The notes below the pieces were generated by a model that ran no database searches, had not been told where the DNA came from, and saw only the letters and a program-made list of their open reading frames with translations. A DNA stretch of 55,972 nucleotides from Pseudomonadota bacterium. Lineage in GTDB: Bacteria; Myxococcota; JACRCW01; JAFGSX01. The DNA lies in assembly GCA_043821645.1 (NCBI GenBank), contig JBDRCO010000130.1, positions 1 through 55,972 on the forward strand. The letters run 5' to 3'. Positions 17,799 through 26,270 of this stretch are shown one piece after another (position 1 is the stretch's first letter; the number at the start of each line of letters is the position of its first letter). The position numbers and the translations under genes were made by a program.

Positions 17799-19487
17799 CT
17801 ACTGCGCCGGTGCGGACTCCGGGTTCGCGGTCGGGGCAGGCCTGGGCGAGGCCTTCATGCCTTCCAGGGCCGGGTACTCGCCGACGACGAAGAGCAGGCC
17901 CAGGCGCGCCACCTGCAACTCCAGCTCGACCCGGGCCAGGTCTATCTCCGCCGCCAGCTCGGCAGCCTGGGCATCGATGACCTCGAGGTTGGTGGCCGCG
18001 CCCACGTCGAACAGCGCCTTGGCATTGGCGTGGTTGTCCCGCGCTAGCTCGAGGGCGGCCTGGGACGAGGCCAGGCTCTCGAGGCGTAGCTGGATGTCCT
18101 GCAGGTTGCCGCGGATCAGCGCCGCAGTCTCCTGCTCGCTCTTCTCGATCTGCAGCTTGGCCTGGCGAATCTTGCTGGCCGCTTCATCGCGCACCGCGTA
18201 ACGCTCTCCGCCGTCGTACAGGGGGATCGAGGCCTGCAGCACCACATTGTAGGTGATCGGATCGCTCTGGAAGCCACTGGTATTGCTGGTCCAGTTGGCC
18301 TGGCCGACGAGGTTGAGCGAGGGCGCGTAGCGCAGCCAGTAATCCATCATGCCGCGCTCCGAGATCTCGAGCGCCACGCGCAGGGCCTTGAGGTCGCGGC
18401 GCGAGGCCAGGGCGCGCTCGTAGAACAGGTCGGCCGAACCTTGCTGCTCGTGCGGCGCCACGCTCTCCGGCGCCACCACGTCGAAGGCGGTATCGCGCCC
18501 GATGAGCTGCCCCAGGCTGCCCAGGAGCAGCAGGTAAGTCGAATGCGTCGAACGCACGGTTTGCTCGGCCTGGATCACGTCGTACTGCGCGCGCTTGAGG
18601 GCGATGGCTGGCAGCGCGCCCGCGCTCACCCGCGCCTCGGAGGCCGCGAGGTGGCTCTTGGCCGATTCGAGGTTGTTCTGCACGATGCCCATCAGGCGCT
18701 TCACGGTCGTTGCCGAGAAGTACAGCGAGGCCACGCCGAACAGGGCCTGCTGCCGCGCGCGGTCCAGGCTCAGCTTGGCCTGGTCGACCATGTCGTAAGA
18801 ATTGAACAGCAGCGGCAGGGTGCGGCCGTTGAACAGTGGCACCACCACCTGGGCATTGGCGGTGAACAGATGCGCTGGCTGGATGGCAATGGGGTCCATG
18901 GGCTGGAGCTTGTTGGCTGCGTCCTCCATGGCTGCGGCCGCCGCATAAAGCTTTTCGGAACCCGCCGGATCGGACTGCGCGGTGAGCTGACCCATGGTGC
19001 GCAGCAGCAGGGCCTGGCCCTCGAGCTGCTGCTTCTGCCCATCCACGGCCTCCTGGTCGAGGAAGGAGATCTCGGTGACCGGCGTGGTGTACACGTACTG
19101 TCCACCGACGTTGAGCCGCGGCAGCACGGTGGCCCAGGCGCGCCGGATCACGGTATTGGCCTGCACGATCTGCTCGGCGGCAATGCGCAGGTCATAGTTG
19201 CGCTCCAGGGCGAGGCGCATGACCTCGTCGAGGGTGATGACCGGGACCTCGCCATTGGCAGGCTTGAGCCCGTACAGCACCGATGGGCCCGATCCACCGC
19301 TGCTCTTGGGCGTGGCCGCGCCACCGCCGCCGCCTGTCATGCCACCGCTCTGGGCACTCGAGTCGGCCGCTCCCCCTGCGCTCGCTGCGCCCTGTCCCAT
19401 CTGGGCGTGGATCAGCTCCGGCGCGATCAGCAGCAGGCCGGCCAGGAACACCGGAGTGAAACTCTTGCACATGTGTAAGTGCTTCAT
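17799..19487 (-). CDS. TolC-family outer-membrane efflux protein
   Basis: Signal peptide, ITLDEVMRLALERNYDL, two OEP repeats (VPLFNG; IPLYDGG), GAATNLEVIDAQ. AGGAG RBS. Confidence 0.9.
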   Translation of the reverse strand: MKHLHMCKSFTPVFLAGLLLIAPELIHAQMGQGAASAGGAADSSAQSGGMTGGGGGAATPKSSGGSGPSVLYGLKPANGEVPVITLDEVMRLALERNYDLRIAAEQIVQANTVIRRAWATVLPRLNVGGQYVYTTPVTEISFLDQEAVDGQKQQLEGQALLLRTMGQLTAQSDPAGSEKLYAAAAAMEDAANKLQPMDPIAIQPAHLFTANAQVVVPLFNGRTLPLLFNSYDMVDQAKLSLDRARQQALFGVASLYFSATTVKRLMGIVQNNLESAKSHLAASEARVSAGALPAIALKRAQYDVIQAEQTVRSTHSTYLLLLGSLGQLIGRDTAFDVVAPESVAPHEQQGSADLFYERALASRRDLKALRVALEISERGMMDYWLRYAPSLNLVGQANWTSNTSGFQSDPITYNVVLQASIPLYDGGERYAVRDEAASKIRQAKLQIEKSEQETAALIRGNLQDIQLRLESLASSQAALELARDNHANAKALFDVGAATNLEVIDAQAAELAAEIDLARVELELQVARLGLLFVVGEYPALEGMKASPRPAPTANPESAPAQ

Positions 19488-19561
19488 TTTATTGACTCCT
19501 AAACCATCGCCCCGAAGTTCAAAGGGGTGCCGGGCAGAATCTTGGTGCCCGGTTCATTTTC

Positions 19562-19590
19562 TGAATAGGGATTCACAACCCAAAAATCAA
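19562..19590 (-). promoter_or_regulatory. Putative promoter of TolC gene with overlapping palindromic operator
   Basis: Minus strand TTGATT-17 bp-TATTCA. TGAAT-AGGG-ATTCA palindrome at 19562-19575, inside an AT-rich divergent intergenic region. Confidence 0.5.
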
Positions 19591-19721
19591 GTCGTGCCCC
19601 AAAAAAAGTGTCACCGGCGCAGGTCCACGCGACGCAACAAACTCACCGGCGTCCATATACTAATTGGTCGAGCCGTGCACCAGCTGGGCCTGAGGCTGGA
19701 TCTGCTGTGGAAGGGACCCCC

Positions 19722-22358
19722 ATGTTCATTCGACTTGGCATTGCGAGTACTATCCTGGCCTTGGCTCTCGCCTGCGTACCGCCACAGCGCGTCGAGGACC
19801 CGGCGCCCACCCGCGAGCGCTGCACCGCGGGGCTGGCCTACTGCGAGGCCAACGTGGCCAAGCAGTGCGACGAGCGCGGCTACGTCGGCAGTCGCCAGCG
19901 CTGTGGCGACTTCGCAGTCTGCGTCGACGGCGCCTGCGAGGGCAACGTGGTGTGCCGTCCCGACGAGCGCATCTGCGTCCAGAACGTGCTCAAGATCTGC
20001 CAGGCCGATGGACTGGGTTTTGGCAGCGAGGAGGACTGCGGGGATCGCATCTGCGCCGATGGCACCTGCCAGGACCCCAGTGGCACCTGCCCTCCGAACG
20101 CCCGCTACTGCGTGGGCAACACCGCGTACCAGTGCAACGTCGACGGAACGGGACTGCTGCTGGACCCGGTGGCCTGCGGCACCGGTCTGTGTGTCAACGG
20201 CGTGTGCGAGGCCCTGATCTGTGACCCGGGCAAGGCCGACTGCGATGGCGAGTCCGCGCGCACCTGCAACGCCCTGGGCACGGGCTACAGCGTGCAGCAG
20301 CTGTGCGTGACCCCGCAGCACTGCGTCAGCGGCCGCTGCCTGGACCAGGTGTGCGTGCCGGGGCGCAGCTGCGAGGGCAACACCGCCATCGAATGCAACG
20401 ACCAGGGGACCCAGATCATCAACCAGCGCGATTGCGGCACCCAGGTGTGTCGAAGTGGCCTGTGCGAGAACCGCGATGCCGGTGGGCCGGACAGCTCGGT
20501 CCCGGATTCCGCGGTACGCGACACGGCCCTGCCTGACACCACCCGCGTGGACAGCAGCGTGGCCGACGCGGCGACGCGGGACACGGCCGTGCCAGACACC
20601 AGAACCGCCGATGCGGCGGTGGCAGATGCGGCGCAGCCGGACACGGTGCTCCCGGACACGGCGCAGCCAGACTCGGCCCGGCCAGATGCCAGCTCCACCG
20701 ACGCCAGCGCCCCCTGTGTCGACAACGACCACGATGGCTACGGCCTCGGTTCGGGCTGCCTGGGGCGCGACTGCAACGACGACCGCGGTGACGTCTTCCC
20801 GGGCGCGCCCGAGTATGGCGACGGCCTGGACAACGACTGCGACGGTTCCGTCGACGAGGGCATGTCCTGCGCCGCCGGCGCACCCGCCAAACCCTGCCCC
20901 ACCGCCGGAGCGTGCAGCGGTAACAACGGCGCCCAGCAGACCTGCGTGGGCAACGTGTGGACCGCCTGCCCGGTGGCCGCCAGCGCCGAGGACTGCGACG
21001 GCGTGGACAACGACTGCAACGGCACTGTCGACGACCTGCAGGAACTCGGCGAAACCTGCTGGGCGGGCACCGGGACCTGCGAGCGCCAGGGTCAGCTCGC
21101 GTGCGATGCCGAGCAGCAGCTGGTGTACTGCGACGCGGGCCTGATCTCCGCCACCAGCATCGAAGCCTGCGGTAATGGCCTCGACGACGATTGCGACGGC
21201 GCCACCGACGAGAGCAGCTGCTGTCCTGTGCGCACCTCGCGCGATCCCTCGACCCAGACCTGCCGTCGTGACCAGCGCGGCTCGACCTGCACCGCCTGCA
21301 CCACCAACACGCAGTGCGGGAACAACTTCGACTTCTGCGTGACCGCGTCCGAGTCCAACCAGACCTGCTCCGGCACCGGCCAGGGCACCTGTCCCTCGGC
21401 GGACTACACGTGCAGCTACTGGTCCTGCTACTACGACGAGGACTGCCCTGGTGGCGGCATCTGCGAGGGGGCCTGGGCGGGTTTCATCCCGGGCACCTGC
21501 ACGGCGGGCATGTGCGATTACACGGTGTGCGGGCTCGACTGCCGCGACGGCATGCCCTGTCCGGCCGGCTTTGCCTGCTACGGCATCTACCTCACCGGCA
21601 CCGACTGCTCGACCACGGCCTGCCCCACCAACGATTGCTACAACACCGCAGCGTCGGGCGAGACCGCCGTCTATCAATGCCGCAAGACCGGCGAGTCGTG
21701 CAGCGCCAGCAACCCCTGTGCACCCCTGACCTGTGTCGAGGGCCGCTGCCAGGTCGGGCGCAACTGTCTGCCCGAGGGCAACCTGACCTGCTCGTCCATC
21801 CCGCAGAACCCACCCTGCGGGGCCGCCGGCTGTGGCGAGGGTGCGACCTGCAGTGGCAACCAGTGTGTACCCAGCACCACGTGCTCGGCGTCGGTGCGCT
21901 GCCCCATGGGCAAGATCTGCAGCAATGGCAGCTGCGTGACGGCTTCGCGTTGCCAGACCAGCGCCAGCTGCGGCGCCAGCTACTTCTGCAACAGCGGCTT
22001 TTGCGACAACGCCGACCCCTGCAGCAGCGACGGCGAGTGCCCGGCCACCACCTACTGCAACCTGGATGCGAATCCGGCGGTGTGCACGCCAGGCTGCCGG
22101 TTCAGCCAGCCTTCGGGCTGTAGCTCCGACCACTACTGCAACACGGCTCATCGCTGCATGCTGTCGCAGATCATTCCGGGGGGCCGTTGCGCGGCGTGCA
22201 GCGATCAGAACCCCTGCACCGAGGCCGGCACCTTCTGCAACCCCTTGACCAGTGAGTGCAACCTGCTCTGCATCAACGACAGCGCCCTGTGCCGCCAGAG
22301 CGTCGTGCCCGCGAGCGAGTGTCTGTTCCTGGGCTGCACCAATCCCGATTGCCCCTGA
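19722..22358 (+). CDS. Large Cys-rich lipoprotein with MopE-like putative metal-binding repeats
   Basis: Start MFIRLG...LALAC (lipobox). N-terminal Cys repeats, Asp-rich linker, GDGLDNDCDG / CDGVDNDCNG / CGNGLDDDCDG motifs, Cys-rich C-terminal half. Confidence 0.88.
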   Translation: MFIRLGIASTILALALACVPPQRVEDPAPTRERCTAGLAYCEANVAKQCDERGYVGSRQRCGDFAVCVDGACEGNVVCRPDERICVQNVLKICQADGLGFGSEEDCGDRICADGTCQDPSGTCPPNARYCVGNTAYQCNVDGTGLLLDPVACGTGLCVNGVCEALICDPGKADCDGESARTCNALGTGYSVQQLCVTPQHCVSGRCLDQVCVPGRSCEGNTAIECNDQGTQIINQRDCGTQVCRSGLCENRDAGGPDSSVPDSAVRDTALPDTTRVDSSVADAATRDTAVPDTRTADAAVADAAQPDTVLPDTAQPDSARPDASSTDASAPCVDNDHDGYGLGSGCLGRDCNDDRGDVFPGAPEYGDGLDNDCDGSVDEGMSCAAGAPAKPCPTAGACSGNNGAQQTCVGNVWTACPVAASAEDCDGVDNDCNGTVDDLQELGETCWAGTGTCERQGQLACDAEQQLVYCDAGLISATSIEACGNGLDDDCDGATDESSCCPVRTSRDPSTQTCRRDQRGSTCTACTTNTQCGNNFDFCVTASESNQTCSGTGQGTCPSADYTCSYWSCYYDEDCPGGGICEGAWAGFIPGTCTAGMCDYTVCGLDCRDGMPCPAGFACYGIYLTGTDCSTTACPTNDCYNTAASGETAVYQCRKTGESCSASNPCAPLTCVEGRCQVGRNCLPEGNLTCSSIPQNPPCGAAGCGEGATCSGNQCVPSTTCSASVRCPMGKICSNGSCVTASRCQTSASCGASYFCNSGFCDNADPCSSDGECPATTYCNLDANPAVCTPGCRFSQPSGCSSDHYCNTAHRCMLSQIIPGGRCAACSDQNPCTEAGTFCNPLTSECNLLCINDSALCRQSVVPASECLFLGCTNPDCP
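20475..20711 (+). repeat. Degenerate 15-nt (pentapeptide xDxxx) coding repeat linker
   Basis: PDSSV PDSAV RDTAL PDTTR VDSSV ADAAT RDTAV PDTRT ADAAV ADAAQ PDTVL PDTAQ PDSAR PDASS. Confidence 0.8.
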
Positions 22359-22372
22359 GTCCAAGCCGGAGG

Positions 22373-22417
22373 CCTGACATCGAGGTCAGGATCGGAGCCC
22401 AACGGATTCGGGCTCCG
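22373..22417. terminator. Two adjacent hairpins after the Cys-rich lipoprotein gene
   Basis: CCTGAC-atcgag-GTCAGG and CGGAGCCC-aacggattc-GGGCTCCG. No U-tract follows. Confidence 0.3.
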
Positions 22418-22505
22418 CTCCCCTCCCTGCGGTGAACACGCCGGGGATCACAAACCTTTCGCGGTCCAGGGTTTTGCATCGCCAGCTGGCCACGATTTTT
22501 GCATC

Positions 22506-24929
22506 ATGGTGTCCAGCATGTGTCGAAGGCTGCCCATCCTGCGTCTCTTCCTGGCCGTGACAGTGGCCTCGCTGGTCGCCTGCGCCGACGCCGAGCTCAT
22601 GGGGCGTTATGCGCCGTACAACTCGCAGGTCTTCGAGCCGGTGAGCACGCTGCTGCGCAGGACAGCTCCCACGGTGCTGGACAGCAGCGACGGACAGGTG
22701 CGCGTGGAGATCCCCCCGCTGGCGGTGCATGCACCCGTGACCATCACCCTGTCGCGCGTGGTCAGCACGGATCCTGCGACGGGTGAGTCCTGGACCGCCT
22801 ACCAGCTCGAACCCTTCGAGCTGGAGCTCGAACGACCGGCGCGGCTGAGCATGAGCCAGGCCACCCTGCCTTCACGGAGCGGGCGCGAGGACCTGCGTTT
22901 GGCGCGGCTCCTGGATGACAGGCCCGAGGCGATCTGGCAGGCGCTGGAGCGGCCACAGGCCAGCAGCAGTCAGGTGCTGGGCCGCACCACCCGCTTCGGG
23001 CTGTTCGCGGTGCAGGACGTGACCCGGGTGCAGGTGGTGGGCAGCCAGCCCTTCACCAGCACCAGCGAGGCCGACGTGCTGCTGTCGCGGGGGCAGGTCC
23101 AGGCCGCGCGCGCCGCCTATGCAGCGGTGGCTGCGCGCAACCCGGAGGACGCGCGTGCGCTCATGGGCCAGGCCCTGACCTCGTTGCTGTTGCTGGCGGA
23201 ACACAGCAGCGTGCGCAACCTGCTCGCGCGCTGCGAGCTGCCGCCGCTGGGCGAGGCCAGCCTGTTTGGCGACGGAGGCTACCTGCAGCGTCTGGCCACC
23301 GATCGCGACGGCGAGGCCGAGCTAGGTCTGGAGTTCGGCCTGTCGACCACACCCCTCGAGGTGGAGTCCGTGGTGGCCCACGCCGGTGCGCGCTGGCTGC
23401 GGGTGCAGGTCGAGGACCGCGATCACATCGACGGTCCGTGGACTCTGTCTGTGAACATCGACCTTGCGGCCGCCGGTGATCGTTTCGCCTTTGGCCAGGA
23501 CATCCCGGCTCATGCCTTTCCCGGCGACATCGAGCTGCAAAGCCCGATACGGACCCTGCGCGTCGGCCTTGGGTCCATGGGCCAGATCCACGTCGAAGAG
23601 GCAGGGCGCGGCGCTGACCAGGAACTGGCGCTACGCTTTGACGGTGTGACCCTGGTCGACGAGAACAACCAGCTGGTCCGGATGACCGGCTCGCTGCACG
23701 ATATCCTGCGCCGGGCGCCGGTGCCGCCACACCCCCTGTTCGAGACCGACGAGGACGAGGGACCACCCCATCGAGCGCGTTTCGCCAGGTTGCTGGATGG
23801 CTGCAGCCAGGCCTTCACGGCCCCCTTCGTGTTCGCCCAGGTGCAGGGGCTGCGCGGTGAACTCGACCTCATCACGGCCGGGATTCGCGCCGCCCTGAGC
23901 CACAGCAGCGGCAATACGCTGGAGCCTGCACTGTCGGCGTTCCTGCTGCACACGGATGCCGATCTGCTGCTGGATCGCCGCGATGGCGAGCTGCTGGTTC
24001 AGCTGCTCGAAGGTGTGCAGCTGTCCCTGGACCTGGCCGCACCCTACCGCTGGCTGGGGTACGACGCGTCGGGGGAGAGTGTGGCCCTGGGCAGCTTCCT
24101 GGACACGCTCTCCTGGGCCTTCGACGACCCGTCGGGCAGCGTCGGCCAGCGCGACGAGCGCGTGCTGTCTTTTCAGCTGCTGGCGCAAGATCTCAACCGC
24201 AACCTGTTTGGTCATGACGCCGGGCCGGCAGCACTGGTGCAGGCGCTGGCCCCGCTGCGCGAACCGCTGAGGCTGTGGCTGCAGGAGCTGGACGGGGTGC
24301 TCGGTCACAGCGCGTCGTCCCCAGGCTTGTTCGACCTGGATCACGTCGACGCCCAGGACCTGATCGCCAGCCTGCGACAGCTTCTGCTCGCGCTGCGCGA
24401 CACCCTGCCCGACGGCGCCACGCCGGTGAACGCCCCTGCGAGCCCGGGCTACCAGGTGCTCGCGCGTCGCTGGTTCGAGGCGCCGCTCGAGCACGCGAGC
24501 CTGAGCGCTGCGTCGACGGATGGCGAGCTCTTCGTGGTGCAGCCCGGCGATCCCGAGGCCACCACCGCGGCCGCGCGCAATCCAACGCTGGTCGCCAGCC
24601 CTGCCCTGCTCGACAGCCTCGAGGCGAGCGTGCTGCTTCGACCCGTGGTGCCCCCTGACACGGTGTGCAGTGACGACGTCGAGTGCCCGGGCACAGGCCT
24701 TCGCTGCGGTTTCGCCCAGGGACAGTGCGCGGTGAGCGCTGAGGCCTGCGCCGGCAGCGGGTCCTGCACCGATGGCTCATCGTGCCTAGGGCTGTGCGAG
24801 CGCCAACCCTTCGAGCTGGTATCGCAGCAGGCCTGGCGCCGCGCCCTCGACGGCGATCACCCAGCCATGCTGACCGCACCGCTGTGGCGGTTGCTGCAGC
24901 CCTTGTGGGAAGAGTTGCCACGCCCCTGA
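22506..24929 (+). CDS. Large hypothetical lipoprotein (ZU5-like N-domain, TPR-like segment, Cys-rich tail)
   Basis: Lipobox SLVAC. SSDGQVRVEIPPLAV...YQLEPFELELERPARL...RFGLFAV resembles ZU5-type domains. ARNPEDARALMGQA is TPR-like. Start could be ATG 22518. Confidence 0.8.
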   Translation: MVSSMCRRLPILRLFLAVTVASLVACADAELMGRYAPYNSQVFEPVSTLLRRTAPTVLDSSDGQVRVEIPPLAVHAPVTITLSRVVSTDPATGESWTAYQLEPFELELERPARLSMSQATLPSRSGREDLRLARLLDDRPEAIWQALERPQASSSQVLGRTTRFGLFAVQDVTRVQVVGSQPFTSTSEADVLLSRGQVQAARAAYAAVAARNPEDARALMGQALTSLLLLAEHSSVRNLLARCELPPLGEASLFGDGGYLQRLATDRDGEAELGLEFGLSTTPLEVESVVAHAGARWLRVQVEDRDHIDGPWTLSVNIDLAAAGDRFAFGQDIPAHAFPGDIELQSPIRTLRVGLGSMGQIHVEEAGRGADQELALRFDGVTLVDENNQLVRMTGSLHDILRRAPVPPHPLFETDEDEGPPHRARFARLLDGCSQAFTAPFVFAQVQGLRGELDLITAGIRAALSHSSGNTLEPALSAFLLHTDADLLLDRRDGELLVQLLEGVQLSLDLAAPYRWLGYDASGESVALGSFLDTLSWAFDDPSGSVGQRDERVLSFQLLAQDLNRNLFGHDAGPAALVQALAPLREPLRLWLQELDGVLGHSASSPGLFDLDHVDAQDLIASLRQLLLALRDTLPDGATPVNAPASPGYQVLARRWFEAPLEHASLSAASTDGELFVVQPGDPEATTAAARNPTLVASPALLDSLEASVLLRPVVPPDTVCSDDVECPGTGLRCGFAQGQCAVSAEACAGSGSCTDGSSCLGLCERQPFELVSQQAWRRALDGDHPAMLTAPLWRLLQPLWEELPRP

Positions 24930-24942
24930 CCGGCAGCGGCCC

Positions 24943-25164
24943 TCAGGTCGGTGTGCGCGCGCCGATCTGGTAGGCGCTGACGTTGCCGCAGACCACGCAG
25001 ATGTAGTGCTGGATGTCGACGGTTCCCAGGGCCAGGAAGGGATCGATATCCCCCCAGTAGCGACCGCCGGTGCGTTCGCTGATGGCGGTCTTGCGCTGCA
25101 TGAAACCCTCGCAGCGTGGACACACACTGCTCGGGCGCAGCCGTCGATGCATGCGTTTGGCCAT
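24943..25164 (-). CDS. Small zinc-ribbon-like protein (73 aa)
   Basis: CPRC...CVVC pairs, GC3-biased codons, own promoter upstream. Confidence 0.7.
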   Translation of the reverse strand: MAKRMHRRLRPSSVCPRCEGFMQRKTAISERTGGRYWGDIDPFLALGTVDIQHYICVVCGNVSAYQIGARTPT

Positions 25165-25175
25165 GCTGGTCGAGC

Positions 25176-25204
25176 ACGATACTTCGAACCGGCGCAGCGC
25201 TCAA
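25176..25204 (-). promoter_or_regulatory. Putative sigma70 promoter of zinc-ribbon gene
   Basis: Minus strand TTGAGC-17 bp-TATCGT, 11 nt before ATG. Confidence 0.5.
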
Positions 25205-25265
25205 ACAGGATCCGGGCGGGCTCGACAGGGAGCCGCGGAGCGGGTCCACCCCCGACGTCCTTTTT

Positions 25266-26270
25266 CTAGATGGATACGGCCATGCGCCACACACGCCCAC
25301 CACCCTCGACCAGCACGTGCCCCTGGTCGAAACGCAGCGCTCCCTGCAGGGTGCCCAGGTGCGTGACCTGCTGCACCGTGCCTCCGGACAGCGGGAGCAG
25401 AGCCAGATCCACGGGCCCCTGGGTCGAGGCGGGAAAAGCCTCGAGAGACACCAGCATGGCGAGACAAGCGTCGCTCACTGCCACCGGTGCGCAGCACGGC
25501 TGGGACACGGGCAAGGACATCAGCTCGCGCCGCGCGCCGCCAGGAACCACCTGCCACAGCTGGCCACGCGGATCCTCACCCAGCACGCAGCTCCAGGCCA
25601 CCACGCTGTCGTCGGGCATCATGCTCGCCGCGATCCACGACGGTGCGGGAAGCGGCCCCAGCAGACGGCGCGAGGCCCCCGAGGCCAGGTCGCGCCAGTG
25701 CAACGAAGCGTCGCCGCGCTCCTGCCGCACATCCATGAACACGAGCGTGTTTCCGTCGTCGCTCAGGGCAGGTTCCACCGCGCGCAGCGGATCCAGAGCG
25801 CCCTCCAGCTCTGCCACGTGCTGCACCGTCATGCCCTGCAGATCGATGCGCTGCAGCTGCCGAGCCCCGAGGTCCATCACCAGCACCCAGCGGCCGCGCG
25901 AACCGACGCCGAGGACCTGCCCGGGAAGGCGCAGGCACTCGCCCCCTGCGTCGAGCACGGCAATGGCCTCGACACCCGAGGACAGAGCCTGGCGGCGCTG
26001 CAGCTGAACCACGATGTGCTCGCCCACGGCTCGCGGGTTGAGCACGCGCCAGGTATCGTCGGCACGCAGCAACTGCGCCGCAGCGTCGCCAGACACGCTC
26101 TCGCGATACAGCCCGGGCTTGAGCCCGCCGCCCTCGGCGCTGAACAGCAGACTGTCGCCGTCGAGGGACACGCCGTGGACCCGCACCCCGGGTGCCCGAG
26201 CGCAGCGCGGGATCAGCTCCTCGACCCGGCCCACCCGGGGCAGGCCGGCCACGCTAATCCTGTGCGGCAC
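25266..26270 (-). CDS. Hypothetical protein, TolB/WD40-like beta-propeller
   Basis: Blade-like motifs SLDGDSLLFS, PALSDDGNTLVF, MPDDSVVAW. Overlaps the upstream gene by 17 nt. Confidence 0.65.
   Translation of the reverse strand: MPHRISVAGLPRVGRVEELIPRCARAPGVRVHGVSLDGDSLLFSAEGGGLKPGLYRESVSGDAAAQLLRADDTWRVLNPRAVGEHIVVQLQRRQALSSGVEAIAVLDAGGECLRLPGQVLGVGSRGRWVLVMDLGARQLQRIDLQGMTVQHVAELEGALDPLRAVEPALSDDGNTLVFMDVRQERGDASLHWRDLASGASRRLLGPLPAPSWIAASMMPDDSVVAWSCVLGEDPRGQLWQVVPGGARRELMSLPVSQPCCAPVAVSDACLAMLVSLEAFPASTQGPVDLALLPLSGGTVQQVTHLGTLQGALRFDQGHVLVEGGGRVWRMAVSI

Noticed and set aside
19500-19530. GGCGATGG in the TolC leader as a fluoride riboswitch
   Set aside because: The complementary CGCC stem and downstream GCTGATGAC element are missing, and the downstream gene is not fluoride-related.
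19611-22364. 917-aa minus-strand ORF, and other long antisense ORFs (3691..6048, 52271..54346, 32182..33759, 9146..10660)
   Set aside because: Mirror frames of real high-GC3 genes; no motifs, and composition is typical of shadow ORFs.
22487-22503. TGGCCACGATTTTTGCA as a sigma54 promoter
   Set aside because: GG-to-GC spacing is 11 rather than the strict 10 bp, and it abuts the start codon.
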